NCBI GenBank assembly: GCA_900770925.1
Contig: CAAGLY010000016.1
Location: 4,523 to 68,522 of the forward strand
Direction of reading: 5' to 3'
Origin: Bacilli bacterium
GTDB lineage: Bacteria; Bacillota_I; Bacilli_A; RFN20; CAG-288
Length of the DNA: 64,000 bases
The first letter of the stretch is position 1, and every line of letters starts with the position of its first letter. The notes under the pieces were generated by a model that did not search any database, was not told where the DNA came from, and saw only the letters and a list, made by a program, of their open reading frames with translations. Positions 48,968 to 58,794 of the stretch are shown here, piece by piece. A program made the translations under genes and the position numbers.

Positions 48968-49862
48968 ATTAGATGTTGCCGTCTCCTCTCTCTTCTCTCT
49001 GACCCGCTCTCAGGCTCAGAAAGCCATCAAGGAAGGACGGGTAAGGGTCAATGACGAGAAGAAGGATTCTCCCTCCTTCAAGGCTAGGCCCGGAAGGACA
49101 CTGACTCTCGATGCCCTTGATCCAAGCCAGATAAAGGTTCCGAAAAAGCCGACCATCGACGTAAAACTTAATTTCGTCTACCGGGATAAAGATATCTCTA
49201 TCCTGAATAAGCCTCGCGGAAGGGTTGTCCATCCGGCTCCCGGACATGACAACAATACCATCGTCAACTACCTCTTAAACGAAGACTTCTTCGATTTCGA
49301 CGTCAACGACAGCGACGATCTGCGTCCTGGCATTGTTCATCGGATTGATAAGGATACTTCCGGATTATTAGCCATCGCCAATAACAAAGAAACACAGAGT
49401 ATCCTCTCCGAGGAAATTAAGGAGAGAGACTTCCACCGCTGCTACTTAGCTCTAGTCTACGGAGATGTCAAGGATAAGCGGTTTAAGATCGATGCTCCGC
49501 TAACAAGACCAAACCACACAGAAAGAAAAGCTGTTGTCGACGTCTATAAGGGAAGAGATGCCATCACCCATTGTACCCTCCTTGCCACAACAGGAAAAGT
49601 ATCTCTCCTGAAGGTCACCTTAGAGACCGGACGTACCCATCAGATCCGTGCTCATCTTGCCTATATCGGCCACCCGATTGTCGGGGATCCCTTATACGGA
49701 AGAAAGGGCGATGAAAAGGTAGCAGGCAAAGGCCAGGCTCTTCACGCCTACTCTCTCTCCCTTATCCATCCAGATACAAGGAAACGGATGACTTTCTTTG
49801 CTCCGCTTGACGACTACTTCAAAAAACTCCTTGTCTATTTCTTCAAGACTTCAAGGAAATAA
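48933..49862 (+). CDS. rluD: RluA-family 23S rRNA pseudouridine synthase (RluD-like) with S4 domain
   Basis: Catalytic HRIDKDTSGLL motif. Start overlaps the lspA tail by 35 nt. Confidence 0.85.
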   Translation: MIQKKEVTEKNRLDVAVSSLFSLTRSQAQKAIKEGRVRVNDEKKDSPSFKARPGRTLTLDALDPSQIKVPKKPTIDVKLNFVYRDKDISILNKPRGRVVHPAPGHDNNTIVNYLLNEDFFDFDVNDSDDLRPGIVHRIDKDTSGLLAIANNKETQSILSEEIKERDFHRCYLALVYGDVKDKRFKIDAPLTRPNHTERKAVVDVYKGRDAITHCTLLATTGKVSLLKVTLETGRTHQIRAHLAYIGHPIVGDPLYGRKGDEKVAGKGQALHAYSLSLIHPDTRKRMTFFAPLDDYFKKLLVYFFKTSRK

Positions 49863-49888
49863 AAGACGCCTCAAAAGGCGTCTTTTTT
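49862..49888. terminator. Bidirectional terminator between rluD and mnmG
   Basis: AAAGACGCC-TCAAAA-GGCGTCTTT stem flanked by A-runs and T-runs. Confidence 0.8.
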
Positions 49889-50051
49889 CCTTGTCTGTTC
49901 GTTTAATGCCATTAACATCTTGGAGCGGAAAAGAAAAGTGATTGCTGTTTCTCAGGAAATTCTTTTCCTCTATTTCCTTAAGGGTATTGAGGCGCACTTC
50001 CATACAAAAAACATCCTTCCCCGTTTGGAGGAAGGATGCAAAACCAGTCAG

Positions 50052-51935
50052 TTATTTCCGATACCGTACATGGAAGGAGAGAACATCGATATCGCTAGGA
50101 TGGACATTCGTAATCTGCCTAGCCTGTCCTAAGGTCTTAGGACGGAGAAGATTAAGCTTCTCTCTTGCTTCGAGAGATAAGCCATCCCTATGAAGGTAAT
50201 CAAGATCATCCGGAAGAGGAAGCTCTTCATACTCGCTTCTTCTCTTTGCTTCCTTAAGTTCCCTCAGGATATAGCCTTCGTATTTTACCCTAGTCTCTGC
50301 TTTCAGCTCTTCCCGTTTAGAAAGAGCAGGAAGCTCAGGAACACATTCCTTTAATCCGGCATAAGTGACATTCTGTCTACGGAGAGTCTGCTTCAGGTTC
50401 TCCGAACCGTTAGGTTTAGGAAATCCAAGACGGTTCAGATAATCGAAGATTTTCTGATTAGTCAGGATTTTCGTATTCTCAAGTCTAGCAATTGCACTAG
50501 AAATCTTCGCTTCGCTTTCCAAGAACCGTTCATAACGTTCTTCCGGAATCAGTCCGACCTGATATCCGTATTTCCTTAACCGGGTATCGGCATTATCGCT
50601 CCGGGTAATCAGACGGAACTCACTACGGCTAGATAATAACCGGTACGGTTCTTTCGTCCCCTTCGTGACAATATCATCAATCCTGATTCCGATATAGGCT
50701 TCATCTCTCTTTAAGACAAGGGGTTCTTTGCCTTCAAGCCATAAGCCGGCATTAATACCAGCCCTTAAGCCAAGGGCGGCTGCCTCTTCATATCCGGAAG
50801 TTCCGGCAATCTGTCCGCAGACATATAATCCATCAAAGCCTTTGATTCTCAGGCTATGGTCTAGCTGGCTAGGCTCGATGGCATCATATTCGATGGCATA
50901 GGCATACTTAAGAAAGCGGGCATGTTCAAGGCCATGGATAGAATGGACAATCCTCTCCTGAACATATTCCGGCCTAGAAGTCGAAAGCCCGTCGACATAC
51001 GTCGACTTCCTTTCTAGAGACTCCGGCTCAAGGAAGAGCTGATGACGGGTCTTATCCTTAAATCGGACAACCTTGTCCTCAATGGAAGGACAATAACGGG
51101 GGCCGACCCCTTTAACAACGCCTCCATACCTAGCGGACTCCGAAAGATGCTCACGGATAATCTCGTGGGTCTTCTCATTCGTATAAGTGAGATAACAGGG
51201 AACCCTGTCCTCCACTTTCCTGAAATCCGTGGTCTCATAGGAAAAAGCTAAATCGCCGCCTTGCCCGTATTCCGGTTCTAGGTCAGAAAAATCAATCGAA
51301 TCCGGATCAAGACGCGGAGGGGTTCCGGTCTTTAGCCGGAGCCTATGAAGGCCTAAATCAGAAATAGATTTGCTTAAGCCATGGCTGGATTTCTCCCCGT
51401 CCGGCCCGATATCCGTAATCGTATGGCCTCTTAAAATATGGGCCTCCCTATGGGTGCCAGTTGCTAAGATAATTGCCTTGCAGGCAACAAAAGTACCATC
51501 CTCAAGGACAACGCCTTTGGCTTTCTTGTCTTCGACAACAATACGTTTGACTTCTTTCTCCGCAATATCGAGGTGCTGAACCGTAAGAAGATAGTTCTGC
51601 CTGTTGCGAGGATAGCCTTTCTTATCTTCCTGGGCACGGAGACAGCGTACACCAGGACCTTTAGAGGTATTAAGTTCCTTAATCTGAAGGAGTGAGCCTT
51701 TCCTATCGGCAACCTTCGCCCTGATACCGCCAAGAGCATCAATCTCCCGAACAACAATTCCCTTAGCCGATCCTCCGATATGAGGATTGCAAGGCCTATT
51801 GGAAACCATCTTAAAGTTCCTGCAGAGCCTTAAGGTAGAAAGATTCCTCTTTGCTAGGCTATAGGCAGCTTCGACACCGGCGTGCCCGCCTCCGACCACA
51901 ATCGCGTCGTAGCTTTCCTTAATTTGATTAAGCAT
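50052..51935 (-). CDS. mnmG: tRNA uridine 5-carboxymethylaminomethyl modification enzyme MnmG (GidA)
   Basis: 627 aa. FAD motif VVGGGHAG and ..CNPHIGGSAKGIVVREIDALGG... ATG lies 4 nt after the sufB stop. Confidence 0.95.
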   Translation of the reverse strand: MLNQIKESYDAIVVGGGHAGVEAAYSLAKRNLSTLRLCRNFKMVSNRPCNPHIGGSAKGIVVREIDALGGIRAKVADRKGSLLQIKELNTSKGPGVRCLRAQEDKKGYPRNRQNYLLTVQHLDIAEKEVKRIVVEDKKAKGVVLEDGTFVACKAIILATGTHREAHILRGHTITDIGPDGEKSSHGLSKSISDLGLHRLRLKTGTPPRLDPDSIDFSDLEPEYGQGGDLAFSYETTDFRKVEDRVPCYLTYTNEKTHEIIREHLSESARYGGVVKGVGPRYCPSIEDKVVRFKDKTRHQLFLEPESLERKSTYVDGLSTSRPEYVQERIVHSIHGLEHARFLKYAYAIEYDAIEPSQLDHSLRIKGFDGLYVCGQIAGTSGYEEAAALGLRAGINAGLWLEGKEPLVLKRDEAYIGIRIDDIVTKGTKEPYRLLSSRSEFRLITRSDNADTRLRKYGYQVGLIPEERYERFLESEAKISSAIARLENTKILTNQKIFDYLNRLGFPKPNGSENLKQTLRRQNVTYAGLKECVPELPALSKREELKAETRVKYEGYILRELKEAKRRSEYEELPLPDDLDYLHRDGLSLEAREKLNLLRPKTLGQARQITNVHPSDIDVLSFHVRYRK

Positions 51936-51939
51936 AGAT

Positions 51940-53361
51940 TTATCCGATACTATCTGTCCTATCGAATTTGATTAACTGGTTCAGCTCAACAGCATATTCC
52001 CTAGGCAGTTCCTTGCTGAACGGCTCAAGGAAGCCCATAACGATCCTTTGGGTGGCCTGCGCTTTTGATAATCCACGGCTCATCAGATAGAAGAGCTGAT
52101 CCTCGCTGATCTTAGAGACAGAGGCCTCATGTTCAAGATAGGAAGATGAGTTATTGACAACATTGTGTGGAATCGTATCACTATAAGAGTAATCATCGAG
52201 GATCAGAGTATCGCATTCCTCGTGGACTTTCGAATTAGCTGCCTTTTTGCCGATTTCAATTGTAGCACGGAAGTTGCTCGTTCCGCCCTGACGGGCGACG
52301 GACTTAGAGATAACGTTAGCAGAGCTCTCCTTTCCAAGAAGGATCCTCTTAGCACCAGTATCCTGGAACTGACCGGAAGAAGCGACGGCAATCGAAACCG
52401 TGGAGCCACGGCTTCTCTCGCCTTTTAAGATGCAGCAGGGATATTTCCTGCAGAGCTTGCTTCCGATGTTTCCGTCCACCCATTCCCTGAGTCCGTCATC
52501 ATCAACTATCGCACGCTGTGTGACAAGGTTAAGAATCGAGTTAGACCAGTTCTGAATAGTGGTATATCGCCTCTTAGCCCGTTTTCCGACAAAGATTTCG
52601 ACAATAGCGGCATGAAGGGACTCTTTAGAATACCTTGGAGCCGTACAGCCTTCGACATAATTGAGCTCGGCATCATCATCAACGATGATCAGGGTACGTT
52701 CAAACTGTCCGGACTGTTTGTTGTTGATACGGAAATAGGACTGAAGCGGCTTATCGAGCTTCACCCCCTTAGGAACATAGATAAACGAGCCTCCGGACCA
52801 GACAGCTGAATTAAGGGCTGCATATTTGTTGTCCTGCGGAGGAACAAGCTTGCCGAAGTATTTCTTGAAGATTTCCGGATAGAGCTTTAATCCGGTATCC
52901 GTATCAAGGAAGATTACACCTTTATCTTCGACTTCCTTTAGCCTATTCGAATAGACAGCTTCTGACTCATACTGTGTAGTAACACCGGAAAGAAACTTCT
53001 GTTCCGCTTCCGGAATACCGAGTTTTGAGAAGGTGGATTTGACTGTATCAGGGACATCTTCCCACTTCGAGGCAACATGGTCAGAGACTCTTGTGTAGTA
53101 GGTATAATCCTGAAAATCGATAAAGTCTAAAGAAGGTCCGAAAGAAGGCTGATGATGGGCGAAGAACTCCTTTAAAGACTTAAGACGGAAATCAAGCCTG
53201 AATTCCGGTTCATTCTTAATCTTAGAAATTTCCCGGACCGTATCTTCGTTCAAGCCCTTAGGAGTCTTAAGGATAGAGACGTCCTTATCCTTGAATTCGA
53301 ACTTGGAGCGGTTATCCTGGTCGACAATATCTTCGATATTATTTTTCGGTTTTACATCCAT
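51940..53361 (-). CDS. sufB: Fe-S cluster assembly protein SufB
   Basis: SufB/SufD beta-helix core. Start set at MDVKPKN (GAGGAGG Shine-Dalgarno sequence). Confidence 0.9.
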   Translation of the reverse strand: MDVKPKNNIEDIVDQDNRSKFEFKDKDVSILKTPKGLNEDTVREISKIKNEPEFRLDFRLKSLKEFFAHHQPSFGPSLDFIDFQDYTYYTRVSDHVASKWEDVPDTVKSTFSKLGIPEAEQKFLSGVTTQYESEAVYSNRLKEVEDKGVIFLDTDTGLKLYPEIFKKYFGKLVPPQDNKYAALNSAVWSGGSFIYVPKGVKLDKPLQSYFRINNKQSGQFERTLIIVDDDAELNYVEGCTAPRYSKESLHAAIVEIFVGKRAKRRYTTIQNWSNSILNLVTQRAIVDDDGLREWVDGNIGSKLCRKYPCCILKGERSRGSTVSIAVASSGQFQDTGAKRILLGKESSANVISKSVARQGGTSNFRATIEIGKKAANSKVHEECDTLILDDYSYSDTIPHNVVNNSSSYLEHEASVSKISEDQLFYLMSRGLSKAQATQRIVMGFLEPFSKELPREYAVELNQLIKFDRTDSIG

Positions 53362-53806
53362 GTTCTTTCTCCTCCTCTTCGTCAAAGGCTTTCTTCAGTC
53401 CGCGCCAGGAAATATTGGCGCAGGTTATCCGGCTAGGTTGACGGTTGACATTCTCAAAACACCTAGCATCGCCGATTTCCTCTTCATCAAAGGGTTCACC
53501 GGCAAGCCTCTTATTGAACTGATCCCTGATTTGATCCGCCTCTTCCTTAGTCTTTCCGATAACAAGCTCGGTCCTGATACTAGAGGAGGCTGATGAGACA
53601 GCACATCCTTTTCCGTACCATTTGCAGTCCTTGATGATATTACCTTCCCTTAACAGCTGGATATAGATATCATCGATGCAGGATGCAGAATCCCTATGGA
53701 TCGTCACATAGCGGGAATCATCGACTTTTCCATAGTTGCGCGGATTCTTGTAGTGATCATAAAGAAGCTCACGCCTGAGATCGTTTTTATTAATGGAAAA
53801 AGGCAT
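53339..53806 (-). CDS. sufU: SufU-type Fe-S/zinc scaffold protein
   Basis: Cys ligands in DSASCIDD, GKGCAV and RITCANIS. Start set at MPFSINK (GGAGG Shine-Dalgarno sequence); the ORF track extends further upstream. Confidence 0.85.
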   Translation of the reverse strand: MPFSINKNDLRRELLYDHYKNPRNYGKVDDSRYVTIHRDSASCIDDIYIQLLREGNIIKDCKWYGKGCAVSSASSSIRTELVIGKTKEEADQIRDQFNKRLAGEPFDEEEIGDARCFENVNRQPSRITCANISWRGLKKAFDEEEEKEHGCKTEK

Positions 53807-55025
53807 CGAGAAAATCCTCCGCAGTCGAACAGGCCTTAACAAAAGCCTGGATATCATCTTCGGTATTATACCTATAGAGAGAAGCACGGACCGTGCCGGG
53901 AACATTTAAAATCTCCGGCAGGATCTTCGCACAATGCTGTCCGGACCGGACAAACACACCTTTAGAAGAAAGATAAGTAGCCACATCCTGAGGAAATACA
54001 TCCTTGATATTGAAAGTAATGATTCCGGAATCGGCATCCTCATTATAGAGGATGGCGTTTCCGTTCTCCTTAAGTCCTTTAATCGCCAATTTGCGTAGTT
54101 TCCTCTCATGCTCATGGATGGCATCAAAGCCGACAGAGGAAACATATTCGCAGGCCTTAGCGAGTCCTAAAGCACCAGCGACATTCTGTGTTCCGGCCTC
54201 CCTGCGATAAGGGAAGTCATCGAGAGAGACATCACCCTTGGAATTGAACCGGGCATTCCTTTCCCCACCATAGAGAACAGGAGAAATCTTCTCCAGCCTC
54301 TTCTTCTTTCCGTAGAGGATACCGATACCAGTAGGTCCGCACATCTTGTGCCCGGAGAAAGCAAGGAAGTCGACGTCACTGTCCTTCACATCGATTTTCC
54401 TATGCGGAGCAGACTGAGCAGCATCATCGACATAGATAGCCCCGACAGAATGGGCAAGGGAAGCGAATTCTTTTACAGGGAGGGAATATCCCATAACATT
54501 GCTTACGCTTGCTAAAGAAACAACTTTTGTTTTATTAGATAAGGATTTCTTAAAGTTCTCCACAGTTAAACGGCCATGATCATCTAAGGGAACATATTTA
54601 ATTACCGCCTTAGTGAGCTTGGCGACATTGAACCAAGGTAGCACATTCGAGGCGTGCTCCTCAGGAGAAATCAGAATCTCATCGCCGGGATTAAACAGAG
54701 AAAGAAGCCCGTAGGCGATTTCATTCCTTCCCCTAGTATCACCGGAAGTAAAACAGGTCTCCTCAAAATCGGAGTTGATGAAACGGGCAATAGTTTTTCT
54801 CGCATTATCAAAAGCCCTGTCGGCCTGATGGGCAAGAGAATAGTCTCCCCGGCGAGTGTTGGCCGTGAAGTTCTTGTAGTAGTCATTCTCCGCTTCGATG
54901 ACTGAATAAGGCTTAAAAGTTGTAGCCGAGTTATCTAAGTAAACTAAAGGCATCCCTTCATAGAGGGAGTCATGGTCGTTATACCTAGGGAAATCTTTCC
55001 GAATCTGTTTCGGATCAAGACTCAT
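53790..55025 (-). CDS. sufS: Cysteine desulfurase SufS
   Basis: PLP lysine context (FSGHKMCGP) and active Cys (RSGQHCAKIL). Confidence 0.9.
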   Translation of the reverse strand: MSLDPKQIRKDFPRYNDHDSLYEGMPLVYLDNSATTFKPYSVIEAENDYYKNFTANTRRGDYSLAHQADRAFDNARKTIARFINSDFEETCFTSGDTRGRNEIAYGLLSLFNPGDEILISPEEHASNVLPWFNVAKLTKAVIKYVPLDDHGRLTVENFKKSLSNKTKVVSLASVSNVMGYSLPVKEFASLAHSVGAIYVDDAAQSAPHRKIDVKDSDVDFLAFSGHKMCGPTGIGILYGKKKRLEKISPVLYGGERNARFNSKGDVSLDDFPYRREAGTQNVAGALGLAKACEYVSSVGFDAIHEHERKLRKLAIKGLKENGNAILYNEDADSGIITFNIKDVFPQDVATYLSSKGVFVRSGQHCAKILPEILNVPGTVRASLYRYNTEDDIQAFVKACSTAEDFLDAFFH

Positions 55026-55696
55026 AACGATACCTCATTAAGATGCTGTTTTGCCAATTCGATATGCTTTTCATCCTCTAATTCATTAAGGATAGGCTGG
55101 AAATAACCGAAGGTAATCAGCTTCTTTGCCTCTTCTAAGGAGAGACCGCGGCTCCTGATATAGAAGAGCTGTTTCGGATCATAGGCGCCGACTGTGGCAC
55201 CATGACTTGCCTTCACATCGTTTTCCTTAATCAGAAGAGCAGGGGAGACTTCGCTCTTTGCTTCTGCAGAGAGGTTCGTGATTCTTCCTTCCTGTCTTGT
55301 GGAGCTGCCTTTAGCGCCATTGATGATTGTAGAGGCGCCAAGGAAACTAAGATGTCCGCTGCCGGAGTTGATTCCCCTCCTCTTGACAAAAGAGGTTGAA
55401 GAACGTCCGTTATGGGTGACATTGATCTTATAGGTCTTATCGTCCGTGAGAGCTAAAAGAGAGGCTAAGGAAACCTTGACCGAGGAATTCTTGCCTAAGG
55501 AAATATTGATGTCTGTAGTAAAGGAAGAAGACAAAAAATCGACTAGGACAAGCTCTAAGCCTGTCCCCTCTTTAACATCAATCTGATAGTTTTCCTGTAC
55601 CTGATTATCCGAAGAAAGAAGATAGACGAACTTACTGTCTTCTTCGATGGTCTTAGGAAGAGTCAGGATGCTAGGATCGAAGCAGATATCCTTCAT
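55022..55696 (-). CDS. sufD: SufD-like protein, half-length (224 aa)
   Basis: C-terminal SufBD beta-helix and helical region only; the N-terminal domain found in SufD proteins of about 430 aa is absent. Start at MKDICFD, 4 nt after the sufC stop. Confidence 0.75.
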   Translation of the reverse strand: MKDICFDPSILTLPKTIEEDSKFVYLLSSDNQVQENYQIDVKEGTGLELVLVDFLSSSFTTDINISLGKNSSVKVSLASLLALTDDKTYKINVTHNGRSSTSFVKRRGINSGSGHLSFLGASTIINGAKGSSTRQEGRITNLSAEAKSEVSPALLIKENDVKASHGATVGAYDPKQLFYIRSRGLSLEEAKKLITFGYFQPILNELEDEKHIELAKQHLNEVSL

Positions 55697-55700
55697 CGTC

Positions 55701-56531
55701 CTATTTTCCTTCCGGCTTCCTGACCTGTTTGACGGCACAGGCGCCGATAGAGACCTGGTTCGGGCTCTTTTCTTCCTTCTCCAGCTTGATTCCGTCTTCT
55801 TTCTCTAAGAAAGAGTAACCTTCTTTCGAGATACGGGTGGCTAAGGAAGCATCACCTTCCTTAGCGACTCTTCCGTTAACAATAACAGCGGTGCGGTTAG
55901 CATGGACAAGATCATAAAGACGGTCATAGTGAGAGACAATGATGAAGGTAGTTCCTTCTTCCTTCCTCTTATTAATGACATCCGAAATAATCTTCAGGGC
56001 ATCGACATCAAGTCCGGAATCGATTTCATCAAGGAGAGCAATCTCCGGTTTAAGAAGGAGCATCTGAAGGATCTCGTTGCGCTTCTTTTCTCCTCCGGAA
56101 TAACCCTCGTTAAGATGACGGCTAGCCATAGAGGAATCAAGAGAGACTTCCGAATAGGCCTTAGTCGTCTCCTGATAGAACTTCAGAAGAGAAACCGGCT
56201 TCTCCTTATGGGCATTCCTCCTGGCACGGAAGAAATCCCTTGTCACAACGCCTGGAACATCCGGCGGGTTCTGGAAAGCCATGAACAGTCCTTTCTTAGA
56301 GCGTTCATCCGTGCTCCTCTTTAAAAGATCCTCGCCGTCAAGCAAGACCTGTCCAGAGGTCACCTTATAATTCGGATTGCCTAAAAGGACATTAAGGAGC
56401 GTGGACTTGCCATGTCCGTTAGGGCCAAGCAAAGCCAAGGAATCTCCTTTATGGATCTTTAAGTTCAGATGCTTGAGAATCGGCCTTCCTTCTGCTTCGC
56501 AGCTAAGGTCGATAATGTCGAGTTCTTTCAT
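55701..56531 (-). CDS. sufC: Fe-S cluster assembly ATPase SufC with a C-terminal extension of about 27 aa
   Basis: Walker A GPNGHGKST, ABC signature YSGGEKKR, Walker B LLDEIDSGLD. Confidence 0.9.
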   Translation of the reverse strand: MKELDIIDLSCEAEGRPILKHLNLKIHKGDSLALLGPNGHGKSTLLNVLLGNPNYKVTSGQVLLDGEDLLKRSTDERSKKGLFMAFQNPPDVPGVVTRDFFRARRNAHKEKPVSLLKFYQETTKAYSEVSLDSSMASRHLNEGYSGGEKKRNEILQMLLLKPEIALLDEIDSGLDVDALKIISDVINKRKEEGTTFIIVSHYDRLYDLVHANRTAVIVNGRVAKEGDASLATRISKEGYSFLEKEDGIKLEKEEKSPNQVSIGACAVKQVRKPEGK

Positions 56532-56615
56532 TTTTCCGCCTCCTGAAAATTGACGTTATTATTGTAATAATCAGCTAGAACGATGTAAACAGAAACGATA
56601 ACGGATAGGAATAGA

Positions 56616-57038
56616 CTACTTCTTCCTCTGGGAGGAAATAGTCTTCTGGAGAGAGGTCCTCTCCCCGTCAGTCAGCTGCCTAGGCGGGAAGCTGAGCTTA
56701 AGTCCGTCGTGATCATAGCGAGGAATGACATGAATATGGAAATGATCAACCGTCTGGCCGGCAGAAGCGCCCGCATTAGAGATGAAGTTGACACCGGTTG
56801 CACCAAGCTGACTGACTGCCGCCTGAGCAACAAGCTGAGCGACCTCAAAGGCATGGTCTAAGATTGACTTAGGACAGGTAAGCCTAGAGCTGAAATGTTC
56901 CTTGACGATAACAAGAGTATGTCCGCGGCTTGCCGGGTTGATGTCTAAGAAAGCAAGGACATCATTGTCTTCGTAGACCTTATAGGAAGGGATTTCGCCC
57001 CGTCCGATTTTGCAGAAAACACAGGATTCTTTATTCAT
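56616..57038 (-). CDS. HIT-family hydrolase
   Basis: Histidine triad HFHIHVIP. Confidence 0.85.
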   Translation of the reverse strand: MNKESCVFCKIGRGEIPSYKVYEDNDVLAFLDINPASRGHTLVIVKEHFSSRLTCPKSILDHAFEVAQLVAQAAVSQLGATGVNFISNAGASAGQTVDHFHIHVIPRYDHDGLKLSFPPRQLTDGERTSLQKTISSQRKK

Positions 57039-57057
57039 AATTCTATTCTCCTTTTTG

Positions 57058-57090
57058 ATAAAAAAGAGAAGGCGGAAGGCCTTCTCTTTT
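57058..57090. terminator. Bidirectional terminator between the first lipoprotein gene and the HIT gene
   Basis: GAGAAGGC-GGAAG-GCCTTCTC hairpin with a U-run on the minus transcript. Confidence 0.7.
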
Positions 57091-57096
57091 CATTGA

Positions 57097-58794
57097 CTAA
57101 CCTTCGATCTTAATCTTCGGCTCAGAGGAATACGGGTTATCCGTCTTGAATACATCGTTGTAGTTGGACTTGATGTAATCACGGAAGCCTTCATCCTTGT
57201 AGTTGATATCGAGACGGCTAAGCCAGTAGACTAAACCATTGGTCTTATAAGAACCAGTGGTAGACCTAGCATAGGCAACCTCACGGGCAACCTGTTCCTT
57301 CTTCTCCTCGTTATCATAGATGGAGTCACTGTTACCTTTGCTTAAGGCAGAGGTATCGACAACGTCAAGAATACGGGTGAGATAGTAGGTCTTGGTCGAA
57401 GAATCATAGTAGATGATGTTGCTCGGATCCGTGCTCGGAGTATCAGCAACCGTGAGATAACGGAAGCCGTCTTTCTCATAGATGGTGAAGTCGCTTGTCC
57501 ACTTTCCGACATTGTCAGTCTCTTTCCTCTTCTGGATGTTGGTCTTAGAAGAAGTCAGACGAGGAGAGAAGATACGGCTAGAGAGATCACTCGGAAGAGA
57601 GGAAATACCGGAAGAAGAGAGATACCAGCCTTTCGTGACTAAGTCCTTAGTGGCAATATCATCGATGGCCTTACGGACACCGGTTTCGACATCATAGGCA
57701 TAAGTGCCGGTATAAGTAGATTCAAGGGAAGAATCAAGCTTATTGAAGTTCTCCTGGCCGTCTTTGACTTTCTTCCATTCCGAAAGGACTTTGCCAGTCA
57801 GAGTAGAAGAATACCTGCTGTCATCCGTAGAAGAAGTCGGAAGGACACCGTTCTGACGGAGCCAGCTGACTTCATCATCCTTAAGGACAACATCGGAGGA
57901 ATAACGTCCGGTCGTGCCAAGTTCAGTATTGTTAGCAACTTCGCTAGTGATACCTTTCCATAAGCGGGAGAGGATAGAGAAGTCTTTATCCTGTCCAGCC
58001 TTGTCACCCTGGATATAATCCCGAACATAAGCGTCTAAGAGCTTCTTGGCAGCACCGGGTACATCGCTACGGTCAGTGAGAGCGATAATCTGGACATTAC
58101 GGGCATTAGAGTTTCCGATAGAAGCATAGGACTTAGTGTAGATGTATTCGCTGACTAAGTAGTTGATACGGTTATCATCGTATTCTTCTTTTTCCCGGTA
58201 GGTCTTATAAGTGGTTTCCCTTTCCGGAGAGAAGATATCCTCGTACTCCCTTTCCGGAGTAACAAGGAGCTTTTTCGTTGCTTGGCTCTTATCAACGGTG
58301 AGATAGTAGTAGGTCTCATCCAGATGTTGAGCATATTTTTCTTCATAGAAGAGATTGTCTTTGGAATAAGAACCGCTGCGGACAGAAGAGGTCATGCTCT
58401 TCTTAGCACGGGTTTCGAGGTTATCGAACTGACCGGAAATCGAATCGAAGTCATCAGCGACAGAACCCTCGAAGGTATCGTTCCTGATCGTAGTGACATC
58501 GGTTCCTTTAGACGTTGCCGTATAGTTGTGGGCAGTCTTGCTGATAGAAAGAAGAATCTGATTAAGGGTCTTCTCGTAGATTGTGCTAGTCGAGGCAACA
58601 TTATCGTAATATTCCCTCTTGTTGTTTCCGACAACGCCAGAGACAAGATCATCGTGGCCCTGTCCCTTAGCACCATCAAGATTATAGACCGGCTCATCAT
58701 AATCTTCCGGATAGGTCTTATGTTCGCTCGTGCAGCCGACTAAGGCAATGCAGGAGAGAAGAAGAAGGCCAAAACGTTTTTTACTTTTTGACAT
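57097..58794 (-). CDS. Large lipoprotein of unknown function (S/T/Y/D-rich)
   Basis: Signal peptide with lipobox LVGC. Start set at MSKSKKRF (AAGGAGG Shine-Dalgarno sequence). N-terminus is paralogous to the upstream lipoprotein (C-T/S-S..TYPE/D). Confidence 0.75.
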   Translation of the reverse strand: MSKSKKRFGLLLLSCIALVGCTSEHKTYPEDYDEPVYNLDGAKGQGHDDLVSGVVGNNKREYYDNVASTSTIYEKTLNQILLSISKTAHNYTATSKGTDVTTIRNDTFEGSVADDFDSISGQFDNLETRAKKSMTSSVRSGSYSKDNLFYEEKYAQHLDETYYYLTVDKSQATKKLLVTPEREYEDIFSPERETTYKTYREKEEYDDNRINYLVSEYIYTKSYASIGNSNARNVQIIALTDRSDVPGAAKKLLDAYVRDYIQGDKAGQDKDFSILSRLWKGITSEVANNTELGTTGRYSSDVVLKDDEVSWLRQNGVLPTSSTDDSRYSSTLTGKVLSEWKKVKDGQENFNKLDSSLESTYTGTYAYDVETGVRKAIDDIATKDLVTKGWYLSSSGISSLPSDLSSRIFSPRLTSSKTNIQKRKETDNVGKWTSDFTIYEKDGFRYLTVADTPSTDPSNIIYYDSSTKTYYLTRILDVVDTSALSKGNSDSIYDNEEKKEQVAREVAYARSTTGSYKTNGLVYWLSRLDINYKDEGFRDYIKSNYNDVFKTDNPYSSEPKIKIEG

